The notes below the pieces were generated by a model that saw nothing but the letters and a program-made list of their open reading frames with translations, was not told where the DNA came from and did no database searches. 64,000 nt of DNA, taken from Octopus bimaculoides. Lineage: Eukaryota. Shown in pieces: positions 12,409 to 26,850 of this stretch; the stretch's first letter is position 1, and every line of letters starts with the position of its first letter. The stretch is taken from assembly GCF_001194135.2 (NCBI RefSeq), contig NC_068983.1, positions 103,013,169-103,077,168 of the forward strand, written 5' to 3'. Both the position numbers and the translations under genes were made by a program.

Positions 12409-13129
12409 TATATAAATGAATTGATTTTCTGTGTTCACACTCTCCATTTTTTTTATATATTGTATTAATAATTCTGTTCTCCTATAGTGGATAGATGAAA
12501 ACATCTATAATGACCACTGGAACTTCATAAGTGTTAAGCACTGATGTCGAAGAAGAACCATCAATAAATACCAATACTAACACTAATTAACAAATTCCAG
12601 GAAAATGAATCAATATGAAGCTAAACCAGTGTATGCTAGGAGGAAATGCATTCCTGTTGAAAGAGCAACCCCTTTCTATCTGAAACCTCATAAATACTCT
12701 ATATATATATTCATAAAACACACACACAATTACTAGAAAGAAATTCACATTTTTGAGGCTTATTGAAGTAGTCTAAGGCCACAAACACAAGCAGGAAATC
12801 TAAGCCAAAATGCGAAAAGAAACAAAATCTTATCACACTATTTCTTAAAAATGATTTACTTCAATTACAAGGTTAGATCTTTTTCTGGATACTGGAGGTT
12901 GGATATCTTAACACTGCACAAATAAAAATCATAGATAAAATACTAACAAATGATATTCTGAAAAGTAAATGTTATCAATGGAGAAGTAGTCAAAAGACAT
13001 TACGTAAAGGATCAAACTATTTTATTGACTCCTGGAGGATGTAAGTGTAAGGCATTCTTGATACAGCTTAATCTGAGAGCTGCGAAGGACCAACTCATAT
13101 ATATATATCACTTCACACACTTTAATGAA

Positions 13130-13487
13130 GGAATGGAAAATATAACAATTTTCATTGTCATTTAGACAGTGTGAAAGCTGAATAGCCATCAATAAGACAG
13201 CAAAAGCAGAACAGTCTGAAAGTCTTTATCCTTTTTACATTTAGACTGGCCATATCAAGCCTCTCACACCTACCTTACAATGTCATTCTAAAACTATAAG
13301 AATCACATGGAATGGAAAATATAAGTTTTCATTGTCATTTAGACAGTGTGAGAGTTATATAGCCATCAATAAGACACAACAAAGGTAGAACAGTCTGAAT
13401 GTCTTTATCCCTTTTGTATTTAAACTGGCCACATCAAGCCTCTCACACCTACCTGACAATGTCATTTTAAAACTGTAATGATCACAT
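13130..13487 (+). repeat. Diverged tandem duplication of a 179-bp unit (13130-13308 and 13309-13487)
   Basis: Both units begin ggaatggaaaatataa...tcattgtcatttagacagtgtga and end ...atcacat. Scattered substitutions between copies. Confidence 0.9.
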
Positions 13488-13820
13488 CAATGAAATCTCA
13501 ATGCTACAAGATAATGCATGATTAATTGAAAACAATGGGAATAAATAGACTTAACATTTGACAGAGTTATCTGAATACTAAAAGGTTATATAAAGATAAC
13601 AATATGGAGATATTAAATAGAAAAGCTGGTACGATATTGCTCCTTAAATGTCCTTAATTGCTATAACAGACATGGTAATTCTATTAGTAATTGAAATATC
13701 TCCAAGGTAAAGAGAAATTAGATTGGATGTGAATTCAAAGAAGCAAAACAGAATTAAAACTTTATAATTATCAACTTCTATACATAACTGCTGATGTTTT
13801 GTGTGTGTGAGTGTGTGTGA

Positions 13821-13881
<61 letters not shown>

Positions 13882-13922
13882 GTTGACCACTAACGTGGAC
13901 ATTCAATGTGCTAGAAATAGAT

Positions 13923-14115
13923 CACATCTTGTGTCTACTAAGACCTAAATTGTTCTCAAAACAAAATTTAACGGAATACCAAAGCGTAAGCGGGCAAGAC
14001 ATTTAAAATTACCGAAAAAATCATTATTAAAACAGGGACTGGTTTCGAAATTAACAATCTTACCGACTGTCTGTCGTTTTGAGAACAATTTAGGTCTTAG
14101 TAGATACAAGATGTG
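13923..14115. mobile_element. MITE-like element with 40-bp terminal inverted repeats
   Basis: 13923-13962 cacatcttgtgtctactaagacctaaattgttctcaaaac versus the reverse complement of 14076-14115: 39/40 identical. The right end abuts the N gap. Confidence 0.8.
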
Positions 14116-17100
14116 NNNNNNNNNNNNNNNNNNNNNNNNNNNNNNNNNNNNNNNNNNNNNNNNNNNNNNNNNNNNNNNNNNNNNNNNNNNNNNNNNNNNN
14201 NNNNNNNNNNNNNNNNNNNNNNNNNNNNNNNNNNNNNNNNNNNNNNNNNNNNNNNNNNNNNNNNNNNNNNNNNNNNNNNNNNNNNNNNNNNNNNNNNNNN
14301 NNNNNNNNNNNNNNNNNNNNNNNNNNNNNNNNNNNNNNNNNNNNNNNNNNNNNNNNNNNNNNNNNNNNNNNNNNNNNNNNNNNNNNNNNNNNNNNNNNNN
14401 NNNNNNNNNNNNNNNNNNNNNNNNNNNNNNNNNNNNNNNNNNNNNNNNNNNNNNNNNNNNNNNNNNNNNNNNNNNNNNNNNNNNNNNNNNNNNNNNNNNN
14501 NNNNNNNNNNNNNNNNNNNNNNNNNNNNNNNNNNNNNNNNNNNNNNNNNNNNNNNNNNNNNNNNNNNNNNNNNNNNNNNNNNNNNNNNNNNNNNNNNNNN
14601 NNNNNNNNNNNNNNNNNNNNNNNNNNNNNNNNNNNNNNNNNNNNNNNNNNNNNNNNNNNNNNNNNNNNNNNNNNNNNNNNNNNNNNNNNNNNNNNNNNNN
14701 NNNNNNNNNNNNNNNNNNNNNNNNNNNNNNNNNNNNNNNNNNNNNNNNNNNNNNNNNNNNNNNNNNNNNNNNNNNNNNNNNNNNNNNNNNNNNNNNNNNN
14801 NNNNNNNNNNNNNNNNNNNNNNNNNNNNNNNNNNNNNNNNNNNNNNNNNNNNNNNNNNNNNNNNNNNNNNNNNNNNNNNNNNNNNNNNNNNNNNNNNNNN
14901 NNNNNNNNNNNNNNNNNNNNNNNNNNNNNNNNNNNNNNNNNNNNNNNNNNNNNNNNNNNNNNNNNNNNNNNNNNNNNNNNNNNNNNNNNNNNNNNNNNNN
15001 NNNNNNNNNNNNNNNNNNNNNNNNNNNNNNNNNNNNAATACAAGAGTTTTGTTTCCAATTGAGAACAATTAATAACACAACAGATTTATGGTGCATGAGT
15101 GAAGGAGATGAACCTGAAAAATAATAAATAGGAGTATAGAAATTCCACTTTTTTTAAAATTTATAGTTGAGGTGTTACTGCTTTAAGAATATACAGAATG
15201 ATAAATGAAGAATGCAAAATACAACATTTGGTTGCTCACTTTCCAAACTGTAGAAATATTTTTGATTATGAAAACTACTAATTGAAGAATAGCTATTAAA
15301 TACTACTGTTTAAATATTAGACCACTATTTATAAATATTTCTTTGCTAAATAAAAGATGTGCTTGAATATGTGTGTTTCTGTGAGGTTATGTATATGTAT
15401 ATACACACACAGATGTCACTACAAACACACACACACACATCAAAATTACTTTCACTCAAATGCTAATAGAATATATTCAGAATAACTCAATTCCCCACAG
15501 AAATAAATCTTTTCCAACCCAAACGTTTCCAATTTATATGAAACACTTGATTCTAATTATGCCTTCTAAAAACTCAAATACCAATAATTTTGACACTGCT
15601 TGCTGAACTTATTCCTTTTCCTTACAAGTAACAGTAAAAATGTTGTCAAAATTATACCATCACTACTGCACAATTTTCTGTTTGTTCATCCCCAAGAATA
15701 GTTGAAGCCTACTGACATCAACACATTCTACTTTGCTTTGCATCAGTCCAAACTTGATACTCAGGTACTTGAGGTCAAAGCTGATACAGCTTTATTTGTG
15801 ATTATTTTTCTTTCTTGGTCTAATCTCTTCATTTAAAAATATTTTACAGCTTTTTCTTTCATTACAATACATGAATAGTTTATATTTATGTGGTTTTATT
15901 ACATGACTGGTGTAACTACTCCCATCTGAACACGGATGAGCTAAATTCATTTCTAGTCATCATATAATTTGCCATGCAAATCAATTTCTGCATAATTTTA
16001 ACAGTATATTAAGCACTGACAACTACCTTCAATGCTTCAAAAAAAAATAATATGAGTTTCCATTAAGATATTTATAAAAGAACAATAATAATAATTTGCA
16101 ATGTCTGTTTAGCAATTAAGATCTAAGCACCTTTGACAGAGGTAACACATACTTCACATAACCGAACTAAATGTTAGGTTTACACTTCAGAATGAAAAGG
16201 ATACATCTGTTCTAGGCAGTAATTACCATTACAGTTTTACAAAACCCAAATATACTTTACATCAGATATTAGCCACACATCTAGATTGGTGTACTAAGTC
16301 ACATTCTAGACCATGTCCAAAAAAACTGCTATCCTTCTGATAATCAAATCTGCACTCAACCAACATTATACAACCAGTAGCTCTCTATTGGGTTATATAG
16401 TTATCTCTGGCCTCCAACTTCTGTTATAATGACTATACTCTTCTAAATCTATTTGACATTCTTTATACTGAAATATATTGTTGAAAATATTCAACATAGC
16501 TAACAAAGAAGCCTTTTGTTAAATGCTGAGCTGGCATTTCTTAAAAGATCAAGTACTTTAAACATATTAAAAGCAACACAACTACTTGATATTGAACTTG
16601 CATTTCTTCTAAGAGAATTAACAAATTTTCTTTTTAATCAATAAATATTGTTTCCATAAAGTAAATATTTTCCATTTGTAAACATGCCATGAATTTTGTT
16701 ACATGAATCCAATATAACAATTTCACATAATCTTCTGTAGAAAACATTCTGAGCAAGATAACAGTTCTGGGTAACCTTTGAATATCTAAAAGCCAAGCAG
16801 CTGAAATCAATCTCATATTAATGACATCAAATAGACAAAAATTCATTGTTGTTTCTACAACAGAACTATGTATTTATTATTTTTAATTCTACTGATTCAA
16901 TATATATATATATATATTTAATTTTCTCTTTGAATTAGTTTTATTTCATAGTGGCACCCCAGCATAGCCATGACTAGATGGCTGAAACCAGTAAAAGAAT
17001 GAAGAAACAGGTGAAATTTTGTTAATATCATTGATGTTTGTAATAATTCTATAACAAGACAAGTTATTATTGGTTTTCTCAAATGGAAACATAAGAATGT

Positions 17101-17347
17101 TTGAAATTATAGAGAGAGACCATAGAGTTTCACATACTTTAAGTTAGAAAGACTGGTTGCAATTTAGAGGATGTAAAACTCTTTAATTTCACTTCTGTCA
17201 AATCTTCATAGAAGGATTCTCGCCAAAATGTTGCATTTTCCCTTCCCAAAAGCAAGTTCACAGTACTTGTTTTGTTGATTTTACTAAATAATACAAGTCT
17301 TGCTAACACAGACCAACACCAGTCTCTTGGGTGAGTGAGTGAGTGAG

Positions 17348-17406
<59 letters not shown>

Positions 17407-17595
17407 TGAATAGAAATGGCTTTTCTGATAATTTTTCCACTTTAAATAATTAAATACTTGTAAGATATTAGGTGTTTTAAACACCTAATATTTTATAAAC
17501 ATCTAATAATTAAAGTGGAAAAATTAACAGACAAATCATTTCCATTCATTTTTTTAAATATATAATACTGTACCAAGGACTTTCTATCTCTTATT

Positions 17596-17596
<1 letters not shown>

Positions 17597-17646
<50 letters not shown>
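17597..17646. repeat. (TAC)n microsatellite
   Basis: Direct reading; source of the poly-Ser ORF. Confidence 0.95.
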
Positions 17647-17647
<1 letters not shown>

Positions 17648-18099
17648 ACACACACAGAGTAATTTTTAACCACTCAAACATCAACACAGTAGACATCTCT
17701 GAGACTTTTTCAATGCTTACTTTTTCCCAGATGTAATAAGTACAAGCATATATTTATAAAACATAGTAACATTGTATATGTAGTCAATTCCAGTCTAATT
17801 CCAATATGGCAGTCACAGATATCTACTTCAGATTAACTAAAATATATAGTGCTATGTGCTTTGATCATGGGACTGGATTTTTTTCAACTTACATTCTGAG
17901 GCTTAGTGCCATGTTAATGCATATAAAAATAATATACAAGCTTCCTGGGACCCAAGGACCAGTTCACAGTTCTGGTTTGATGGCATTTAGCAGAGAAAAA
18001 ATAAATCTTGCCCATGTTATAAGGTTAGCTTATTGTTAGGAGCATTTTCAGCTGATCACTGATACCTAATCTTGATATCTAAGTGATCAGGAATGAAGG

Positions 18100-18240
18100 T
18101 GCATGGCCTGGTGGTTAGGGTGCTTGGTCCACAATCAAAAGATCATGGGTTCAATTCCCAGACTAAGCAGTACATTGTGATCTTGAACAAGGCACTTTAT
18201 TTTACATTGTTCCAGTCAATGCAGCTATAAATGTGTACCA
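18100..18240 (+). mobile_element. SINE family D fragment
   Basis: tRNA-like head (catggcctggtggttagg...gggttcaattccc) followed by cttgaacaaggcactttattt. Confidence 0.7.
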
Positions 18241-18348
18241 GTCAGATACTGGGACAGCTCCTTCTCTCCCTCCTCTCTCTATTACATTCTCCTCCCTATT
18301 GCACTTTGTCTCTCTCTTCTCTCTTGCATTCTGTCTTCCCTCTTGCAT

Positions 18349-18380
<32 letters not shown>

Positions 18381-18956
18381 AAACTGTCACATCCTGGCCG
18401 TGCCACTGAATCAAGGGTGAGGAGGTGGGAGCAAAGGGGATGCCTACATCAGTTTGCAACTACATAAGCACCTAAAACAATTAACGAAAGCAGGGTACAC
18501 ATTGCCAATCCACACAAGTGACAGCTAGCTGTGTTGTGCCATAAGTGACTAGAACACAGAATCAAATAGATATATTGGATATGAATCTATGCACAATTGA
18601 TCTAATACCATATTCATTGATATTTTACTTTCTCGATGTGAACTTGCTCAATTATCATGTTAAATTCTAATAAGCCAATGCCTTTATATAATTTCAATAA
18701 ATCAACCACCTCTTGAAAATTCACATCATTACTAACTCAATATCGCAACAACTTAAATCTATTAATAATTGAAACAAACCACAATAATGTCAGCCATTAA
18801 AATTCAATGAAGAATATTAATTTCCTGAAAATATCATTATTTTTATTATATTTTATCTTATTTTACTTAAATTATTTTCAGAAAATTTTTGAGTGTTTAA
18901 AATTTCTGTTTGAATGTTAATTTGATAACTTAAGTAAAAAAAAAAAATCAATTTGA

Positions 18957-19176
18957 TCCCTTAGTATTTAAATGGGGCATAACTAACTCAAATATTCTAT
19001 CCATTTTATGTGCAAACTGACCAGATCTGATCTCTCACACCTACCCTACAATGTCATTCTAAAAATAAACAACCACATCATTGAAATCTTTAAGCTACAA
19101 GATAAGGCATGATTAATTCAAAACAATGTGAATAGATAAGTATTACATTTGACAGAGTAATGTGAATGCTAAAGGA
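18957..19176 (+). mobile_element. 220-bp piggyBac-like MITE (family E)
   Basis: TTGA|tcccttagtattt ... aatgctaaagga|TTAA; same body as 36942-37161. Confidence 0.7.
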
Positions 19177-19641
19177 TTAATTTTTAAAAAAATAATAATA
19201 AATTCCATTTTTCTGTCTCTCATAATTGATATTTATTTGCAATGTGATCATTTCAGTGATGATACCATTATTTTACCAAATAGCCCAGTGTTAAAGAGAA
19301 GAGAAAAAGACTAATGAAAGAAAATGCATATTTTTAGTTGCTGTGATCAATATTTGAGATATGAGGGAAGGGTCAGTGAAGCAAGGCAAGCTGGAGGAGT
19401 GGGGGTCATATTACAACACCAACAATAAGAAATACAACTATGCCATAAAAGAAACAAAAAATGGGCCGGAGGGGGGGGGAATGCCATCAATAACAACACC
19501 AACAACAATAACAACAACATCAGTTAAAAATGAGAAAGAAGCAAAAAAAAAAATGTTTGAGTGAGAGACACAAAAATAAAGATTGATAGACAAAAAGACA
19601 AGTCTAAAAGGAAAAAAATGAGTTTTAGTCAAGACACTTAC

Positions 19642-19662
19642 GTGAGCTCAGTCCAATGTCAT
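19642..19662 (-). other. Candidate 21-nt microexon (possibly RALGAPB)
   Basis: tgtttttgtatgcag|ATGACATTGGACTGAGCTCAC|gtaagtgt. Open only in phase 1. No homology or transcript support was seen. Confidence 0.25.
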
Positions 19663-20636
19663 CTGCATACAAAAACAGTGCATGCTATAAGAACATCATA
19701 ATTATTGTCATAATAATTGTTATTATTATTATTATTATTAACAAGTAATTAGGTTTTCAATACACTAATAAAATCTAAATTATTTCTATTCTACTTTATT
19801 GGTGCCTCTCATAGCAAAAATAGAACAAGGAAAAATATTAAAAAAATTAAAACTCCAAAATTCCTCTGTGTGTATGTGTGTGTGTGTGTGTGTGTGTTGT
19901 TTTAGTCTGTTACATTAGTTAATATTTTGTTCTTTTACACTAAAAATTAAAAAAAGAAATGAACCTTAATAAAAATTTAAAAGTTCAGTATTATAAATAT
20001 CTTAAATTTTTAAAATTCCATATGTACCCACTTTCCAAGAACAGAGTAAGACTAGATGAAGGCTGAATAATAAATCTATATAATTATGTGCTGTTTGTTA
20101 CACTTGGATCATGCATGCAAAACAGGGTTTTAGATTTTAATTGTTTAAAAAAAAATGTGTCTAGTCTGAAGGTCAATTTTCTTATTGTTCTTATTTTTCC
20201 GTTTTCCATTGGTAATAATATCTATCATGAGATATATTATTGGTAATAATGATTTATGAAGAAGTTATATGATGCAACATCATCATCTCTGTTCACTGTG
20301 TATGTATGTATGTGTGTTTACACACCGATTCAATTTGAACATACATAAATCTCAATATTTAAAAAAGAAGAACAGAAGGCAATTTTGAAGACTTTTTTTT
20401 TACCTAATAATGGGATGGGTATAAAAAGTATTAATATTATAAAACAAATTAAACATGCCATTGGCAGAGGGAGGTAAACAACAAAACAAAATGTTTTCTG
20501 CAGCATTAAAAAGAAATTAAAATATATATATTTTTTTTAAATATTCAAAATTGTATAATTTCTCAAAAGAACAAACCACTACAATTTAGACAGTAAGTAG
20601 TTTAGTAAACTAAGCAGAACAAACAACTATATGTAA

Positions 20637-20689
<53 letters not shown>

Positions 20690-23600
20690 TACACACACAC
20701 ACACAAATGTATTTGTATGAAACAATGTTTCAGATTAAAATAGCATGCTGAGCATCAGAAATTACACAAAATATCTAACACAAGTGTGTGTGTGTGTGTA
20801 TTATTCCATGTATGAAGCTGCTTTGGTTGGTGTGCTATAAAAATTATTTTTTAATCTGATTCATTTCAATAAAACGATGACTGATATTTTAATAAACCAG
20901 TTTAATTTTTCACAAAATGATAATTTTTTTTCTTCCTTTTCATGATGAGAGCAATGAAAGACGAATCTCTATTCAGTGAAATAATTCATAGCTAAAACTA
21001 ATCTATTTTCATACATAGATTTCCATGTTCTATGTTTGAATTTAATTTTTCTAAGCTAGCAGCATTGAAGAAATAGATTAACTCTTGTATTACCATATTT
21101 CTGTTGAAATGTACAGTTATTGTTTCAGTTATTTTTGAAAATGATAAAGAATTTATTAAAACACATTTTATCATTATTAAGCTGGTGTTTGAAACACAGA
21201 TTAGCATGAAATTTTGATGGAAATTTTTAAAATCATTTTAAAACAGGAATTGTATCATAAAACAAGTGGCAGTTTCAGGCAGCTGCTATCAAAAGGATTA
21301 AATAAAAATTTGGATATTAGGTTATTGTTGAAGCAAATGTTTTTAACAAGGATTCATGTAACAAAGAAATGTATGTGAAAATTATTGTTAATTACACAGA
21401 TTAAAACAATACAAATTATATCCCTTGAACAGAGACAACTGCCTTTCCTTCGATTATTATCTTCATGATATCAGACTCCACTGTTAAACATTGCACTAAA
21501 TATTTTACCCAGTCCTTCATAAAACTGCATCTTCTGCAAGACCCCCAAATACCCAGGGGTTTTAAAACTTGTTCTGCAATGCATGAAAACTTAAAACATT
21601 TCTATGAGTAATAAGTAAAAAAATAAAAAAAGGAGGGGAGGATGTAGAATGAAATATGAAATACCAGTAAATATGTATGAATTTGTGTGGTTTCCATGTG
21701 ATCTAAGTTATTGATTATAAACAATTTTTCAGCAAGCAAATTATTATATACTGACATATAAAAACCACAAAATTTACACTATAATGAAGAAATAGGAAAA
21801 ACATCAAATTCATTAGTATCGACTTGTCTCTTTTACAATTCAGTCACAGTTTTAAACCCTTTGATCTAAGTCACAGTACTGTAGGTATTCTTCCCAAAGG
21901 TGAAAGGACTCTGGAAATTATTCTCAAATTTAACTTAAAATTTAATAACTAGAACTCAAATTTAATAAATCCAATGATGAAGAATTTCATCATCTACAAG
22001 CAGAATCATTGAATATAACCAAATATATACAGATGCTTGGAGATTGACTGATTGACAGATAAAACTCACCACTGTGCTAAATTTACACATTTAATTGATA
22101 GAAACAAACGGTAATATTTTTGTAGTTAGTATGAGGAAAGCAAGACTCATCTTATTGTCCTGTTACAGACAATAACTTTAAATATATATTTCTCATACAA
22201 CATACGTAATATATAAGCCACATGCATACATATTATGTATGCTGTGTGAGAAATATATCTTCTTAACCACTTTGCTGCAGAAAGAAAACAAAATCTAGCA
22301 GTAACTGTTAATGACTTTCAGAAAAGAAGGGAGACAATTTCAAGAAATTAGACCTAATTTCTCAAAAGTTAAATTACATGCTTAGGGAAATGAAAGTTTG
22401 ATCTTTATTTGCAGACTAAGGACAACTAGGGAGGTGTTTCAGACTATTAAAGCTCATCAGTATTTTAAATTTCATCCACTTACTTTCTAAATTGCCTTGC
22501 CTTAGGCCTTCAACTCCTGGTGGAGTCACAGAGATACCTTTGTAATAAACAACATGTCTTGGGTAATTTTAACTTGGTAGAGTTCATTCCTCACCAAGTC
22601 TGCCTACAATTGATTTCTTCCAGAAAGAGAAGAATTGACCATAGTATAGAACTGGTATTGTATTTATTAACCCCAAAAGGAAGTAGTTTAGCATATGAAG
22701 TGCATGCACAGAATATGTATAATTCCTAGTAGTATTATTTTCTGCATTTTGTGTCTATTTATAAGTCCCAGGATTTGAGTTATGTAATTATCTAAATGAT
22801 TTTTTTTAATCATTGCTGAGGCAGGTACCTATTATTATCATTATTAATGGGGAAGATCTGGCATTTCATCTCTTTAAACTTCAGTTGAATTTGTCTTTCA
22901 TTCCTCTATGGTCAATGAAGTAAGTAGAAACCAAATACTAGGTTGATTAAATTGACTAAATTCTATTCAACAAATTCATGGCTTGTACCAATATCAAAAA
23001 AACTTTATTACTGTTATACAAAAACAAATACATATTAATTTAGTTAGCAGAGATGTTTGGTGACAAGGCTCCTCAAATCTCAAGAATCTTGAATTTTTGC
23101 AAAATACAAGATGGGGATTCCTTGCAGGATGACAATATGCTTTTCAATTCCAATAATATTCAGCTCTTATGTAGCAGTTTGGACATTAAGCTGAGTGTGC
23201 CAATTACCACAGAAACAATTTTCCTCTTTATGTTCTACAATTTCTTCTCTCTAAGTCTTGATATTTCTCAATTTTCTCAGCTTCCTTGACATCCACTATA
23301 CAATCAAATAAGATTGCAAAGTCAATGATCTTACACTGTTTGTATTCCATGATCATATCTCATCTCCTTGCTTCAATAATATGACCTACGTCTATGGAGG
23401 AATTCCATAAAACCAAATAATCATTGTTTACCATGAGAGCCTCTGACTTGTGTTCACAAAACTTTTCTGTTACTTCAAATCCACAAACTCGGCTAATATC
23501 TCAATGCACTTATTTACCAACACAATCATGCTTGTATTTATACTCTTTTTGTGCTTGCTTACTCCCTCTCCTTAAAAGATGATTAATACTTTAATTCTCT

Positions 23601-26309
23601 TTTCCACATACTCTGAATTTACTATCTGGCTAAGTTTTATTAATGTTTATTTTTATCAAGTTTGTTCTTATAGCTTGTTCTTTAGAGGCTATAAATAGTA
23701 ATTCAGTTTCTTGTTTCAGGCTCCATCTCATGGCCCTAACCATCATCCTTCATTTACACCATCCTCACTTTGTTACATGAACTGGTTAAGTAGTTCTTTC
23801 TTTCTCCTATTATTCTTTTGATTCTCACAATCCTTCACCATTTTAGTGATTTCTTTGATATTTCTACTTGCAGACAATAGTCTTTCTTGACTTTGCATAA
23901 CATAATTTTTCAAACCTCAAACTTCAACACTGTTGGTGTCTTTTAAATTTAACAAATTTCTGCCTCCTTCTCTTCTTGATAATCATTATGCCTTATTTCC
24001 TACTTCTATCTAATTCCAGTAACTCCTTGTCCCTTTTAAAAAATAGAAGCGGTGTATCTCAACACAATACTCCTTTTTGAGGTAAAATTATGAAGGCAAT
24101 TCATATGTGGGCATGACCCATGACCTCTGTTTAGTTTTATTTTTTTTTCAAATACCCTCCTAACCTTTACCTTGTACTTTTTGAAGACTTTTTCATTTCT
24201 TTTTCTATTACCCTCCCATCCTGCAGCTACCCTAGGTACTTGAATCCCTCATTCTCTTTCTGTAATCTGATATTATCATCTTGCAATACTTTTATTCCAG
24301 ATTTAATTTTTTGAGTTCTTTTCATAATTAGTACTGCACACTTATTCATGCCAAACTACATACCAATAGCCTTGCTTAAAAATCCTTACTGTTTGAATAA
24401 AATAATCAAGGCATTTTCCATTTTTGGTGTATAATCTGGATTCATCCATAGAACCTCCAATGTTTAAAAAAATTTTTACACTGAATATAGGTTATTTAAT
24501 CACCATACATAGTGTATCTACATTACCCTTTCCTTGATTGAAGCTGTTGTTTCACATTTATCCCTGTTTCACATTTATCCCTTCTCAGAGGTAAGTACAT
24601 GGGGATAAACATGATCAACATCCACTGGCAAGTGATAATTCTCTTCAAAACTCAAAAGTTATTAAACTTTCTTCCTTGCAACAATGGTCAATAATGGTTT
24701 GGATGGCCAACAGTACAACACAATTTAATTCAGAGAGACCAGTGAATGAAGTCCTATATAGTTACTCATCCCAAATCATCTATGATCAATTCTAACTCGT
24801 GTGACCTTTTTTACCAACACACAGTGTGGAACCTCATCTTTTCCCTGTTACTTGTCTACACCAGCTATCATCTGACCCATATAAGTTGGCCATATCAACC
24901 AACGCAGAGACAAAAGGCTATATCAAGAAGGCCAAGCTATGCAAGAAGATACTTATGACTAGTTGCTACAAAATGCTTGTGTAACATTTCCAATACCAGT
25001 TTAATCAAGGTTTATTGAAGCAACTCAATAACAATATATGTAATTACAAGCCAATGAGGGGAACCTCTACATGGTCAATTGATCTGTTAGAAACAGCAGC
25101 CAAAATTCCCTTAAATCACACATACTACCATTTCAAAAAAAGGAAGTCATATTTGGTAAAAAAAAAATTTAACCACTTAGTGAAGGAAAAGCAGAACCCA
25201 TGCCTCTTAAATTTTTCAGAGCCTCTGAGACAGGTGGTAAGAAGGGAGGAAGATATCCTGAAATCAGGGCCTTTGCCTGAATGCTTGCAACAGAGCAAAT
25301 GCTGCTAAAAACATTCTAATACCAGTGGTGTGATGTTAAACTGGATGTGATGTTAAATTTACTACCCAAGAACTCAGGGTACAAAAAGCTGGAACAAAAA
25401 CCCCAAAGGGAGTTTATAACATAAAGTAACTTGATGAGATTTGAACTCAGAGTACAGACAGTCAAAACAAATGTCATAAGGCATTTTTGTCTTCTGTTTT
25501 AACAACTCTGATAATTTGCCATTCATTTCTTAAAATTTAGTTTTTCATGCTTAATGATCATGTCAGAGTTCTAATTAAGAACAGAACAAATATCACCTTT
25601 CTTTACAGTTCAAACAATGACGATTTTTTTATTTTAGAATTCAAAAGATGAAGGACATGTTAAAAAATTTCAAAAAAGAATTTTCCAAAATTAGTAATGT
25701 TTATTGGAAATGCATCATGTGGAGAATAAATGAAACTGGAAGGAAAAAAAAAAAAAAGAATCACCATCAAACATAATAGCTGGTATCATCCTCGCTATAG
25801 TTATTAGATTTATTTTGCCCTTTAAGTTGCTAAGCTTATGCTTTCACACAAATATATGTGTAAAAATATCAAGTAACCTCTTCAGTTAAGGTTTATCCTA
25901 TAAAAGGTGATTGTCAAATAAATTTCCATTAATCTTATACACTGGAGATTGATTTCAGACATAAATATGACTAGCAAGATTTTAGGATCCATTTTATGTT
26001 TTTTCAACCTGAAAACAGATCATTTCAAGCTATCATAGACAATTGTATTATGATATACTGTGAACTTTGCTTTGCTGTGTGTCAACAAAGGATAAATGCT
26101 ATGTAAACAAAGGATAAAAGCATGATACAATTTAAAAGTCAGTTGCTTGACTTTTAATGATCAGATACAAGCAAATAAACACTCAGTAAAGAGCCATTCT
26201 GACTTCAAGCAAAAGATACGGAGTGGTTCACACCTATCAGCTAAAGTTGAAGTTTGTTTTGAGTCTATAGGTTCATTAAGTGGAGCGTTCCCCAGTTTCT
26301 AAGGTGATT

Positions 26310-26490
26310 AAGCCTTCAGCTTTTAAATCAACCATATCAAGCCCAAATATTCTATGCATTTTACATTTTAAGCTGACCAGATCTAGCCGCTCACATTGAC
26401 CTTACAATAGTATTCTAATAATAAACAATCATATCATCGAAATCCAGAAGCTATGAGATAATGTAAAACAATTTAAATAAATAAGCATCA
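26310..26490 (+). mobile_element. Decayed partial copy of MITE family E
   Basis: Shares the aaatattcta...ctgaccagatct...tattctaataataaacaatcatatcatcgaaatc...gctatgagataatg core. Confidence 0.6.
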
Positions 26491-26514
26491 AACTTAAAAG
26501 AATAAAAAGGTAAA

Positions 26515-26850
26515 GACACCCTTAAGTCATGAATGACCATGGGATTTCACCTAGAAAGTTCTCCTCCAAGGCACAAGTCCAGGCAAGGTTGTTTATGGAA
26601 GACCAGCAATCACCCATGCATACCATCCTCCCCTTTCCATGTCAGCAATGTCATGCAAGGGAAAAGCAAAGGTCGATACAGCTTGGCACCTGTGATGTCT
26701 CAACTCATTTCTACAGCTGAGTGAACTGGAGCAATGTGAAATAAAGTGTCTTGCTTAAGAACACAACACAGCCCAGTCCAGGAATCAAACTCACTACCTG
26801 GTGACTGTGAGCCCAACACTCTAAGCACTGAACCATGCACCTTCAGATGG
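26515..26850 (-). mobile_element. SINE family D
   Basis: Reverse complement of the 57385-57665 copy (ctacagctgagtgaactggagcaatgtgaaataaagtgtcttgc). Confidence 0.75.

Noticed and set aside
1616-15124. Long ORFs made mostly of X (e.g. 3369-4223, 5335-6210, 8575-9144, 13945-15096)
   Set aside because: Artefacts of N gaps lacking stop codons.
26160-26295. Minus-strand frame containing LRIFCLKS, loosely like RALGAPB CRIFCSKK
   Set aside because: Flanking residues do not align, there are no suitable splice sites, and it would be out of order without the intervening exons.
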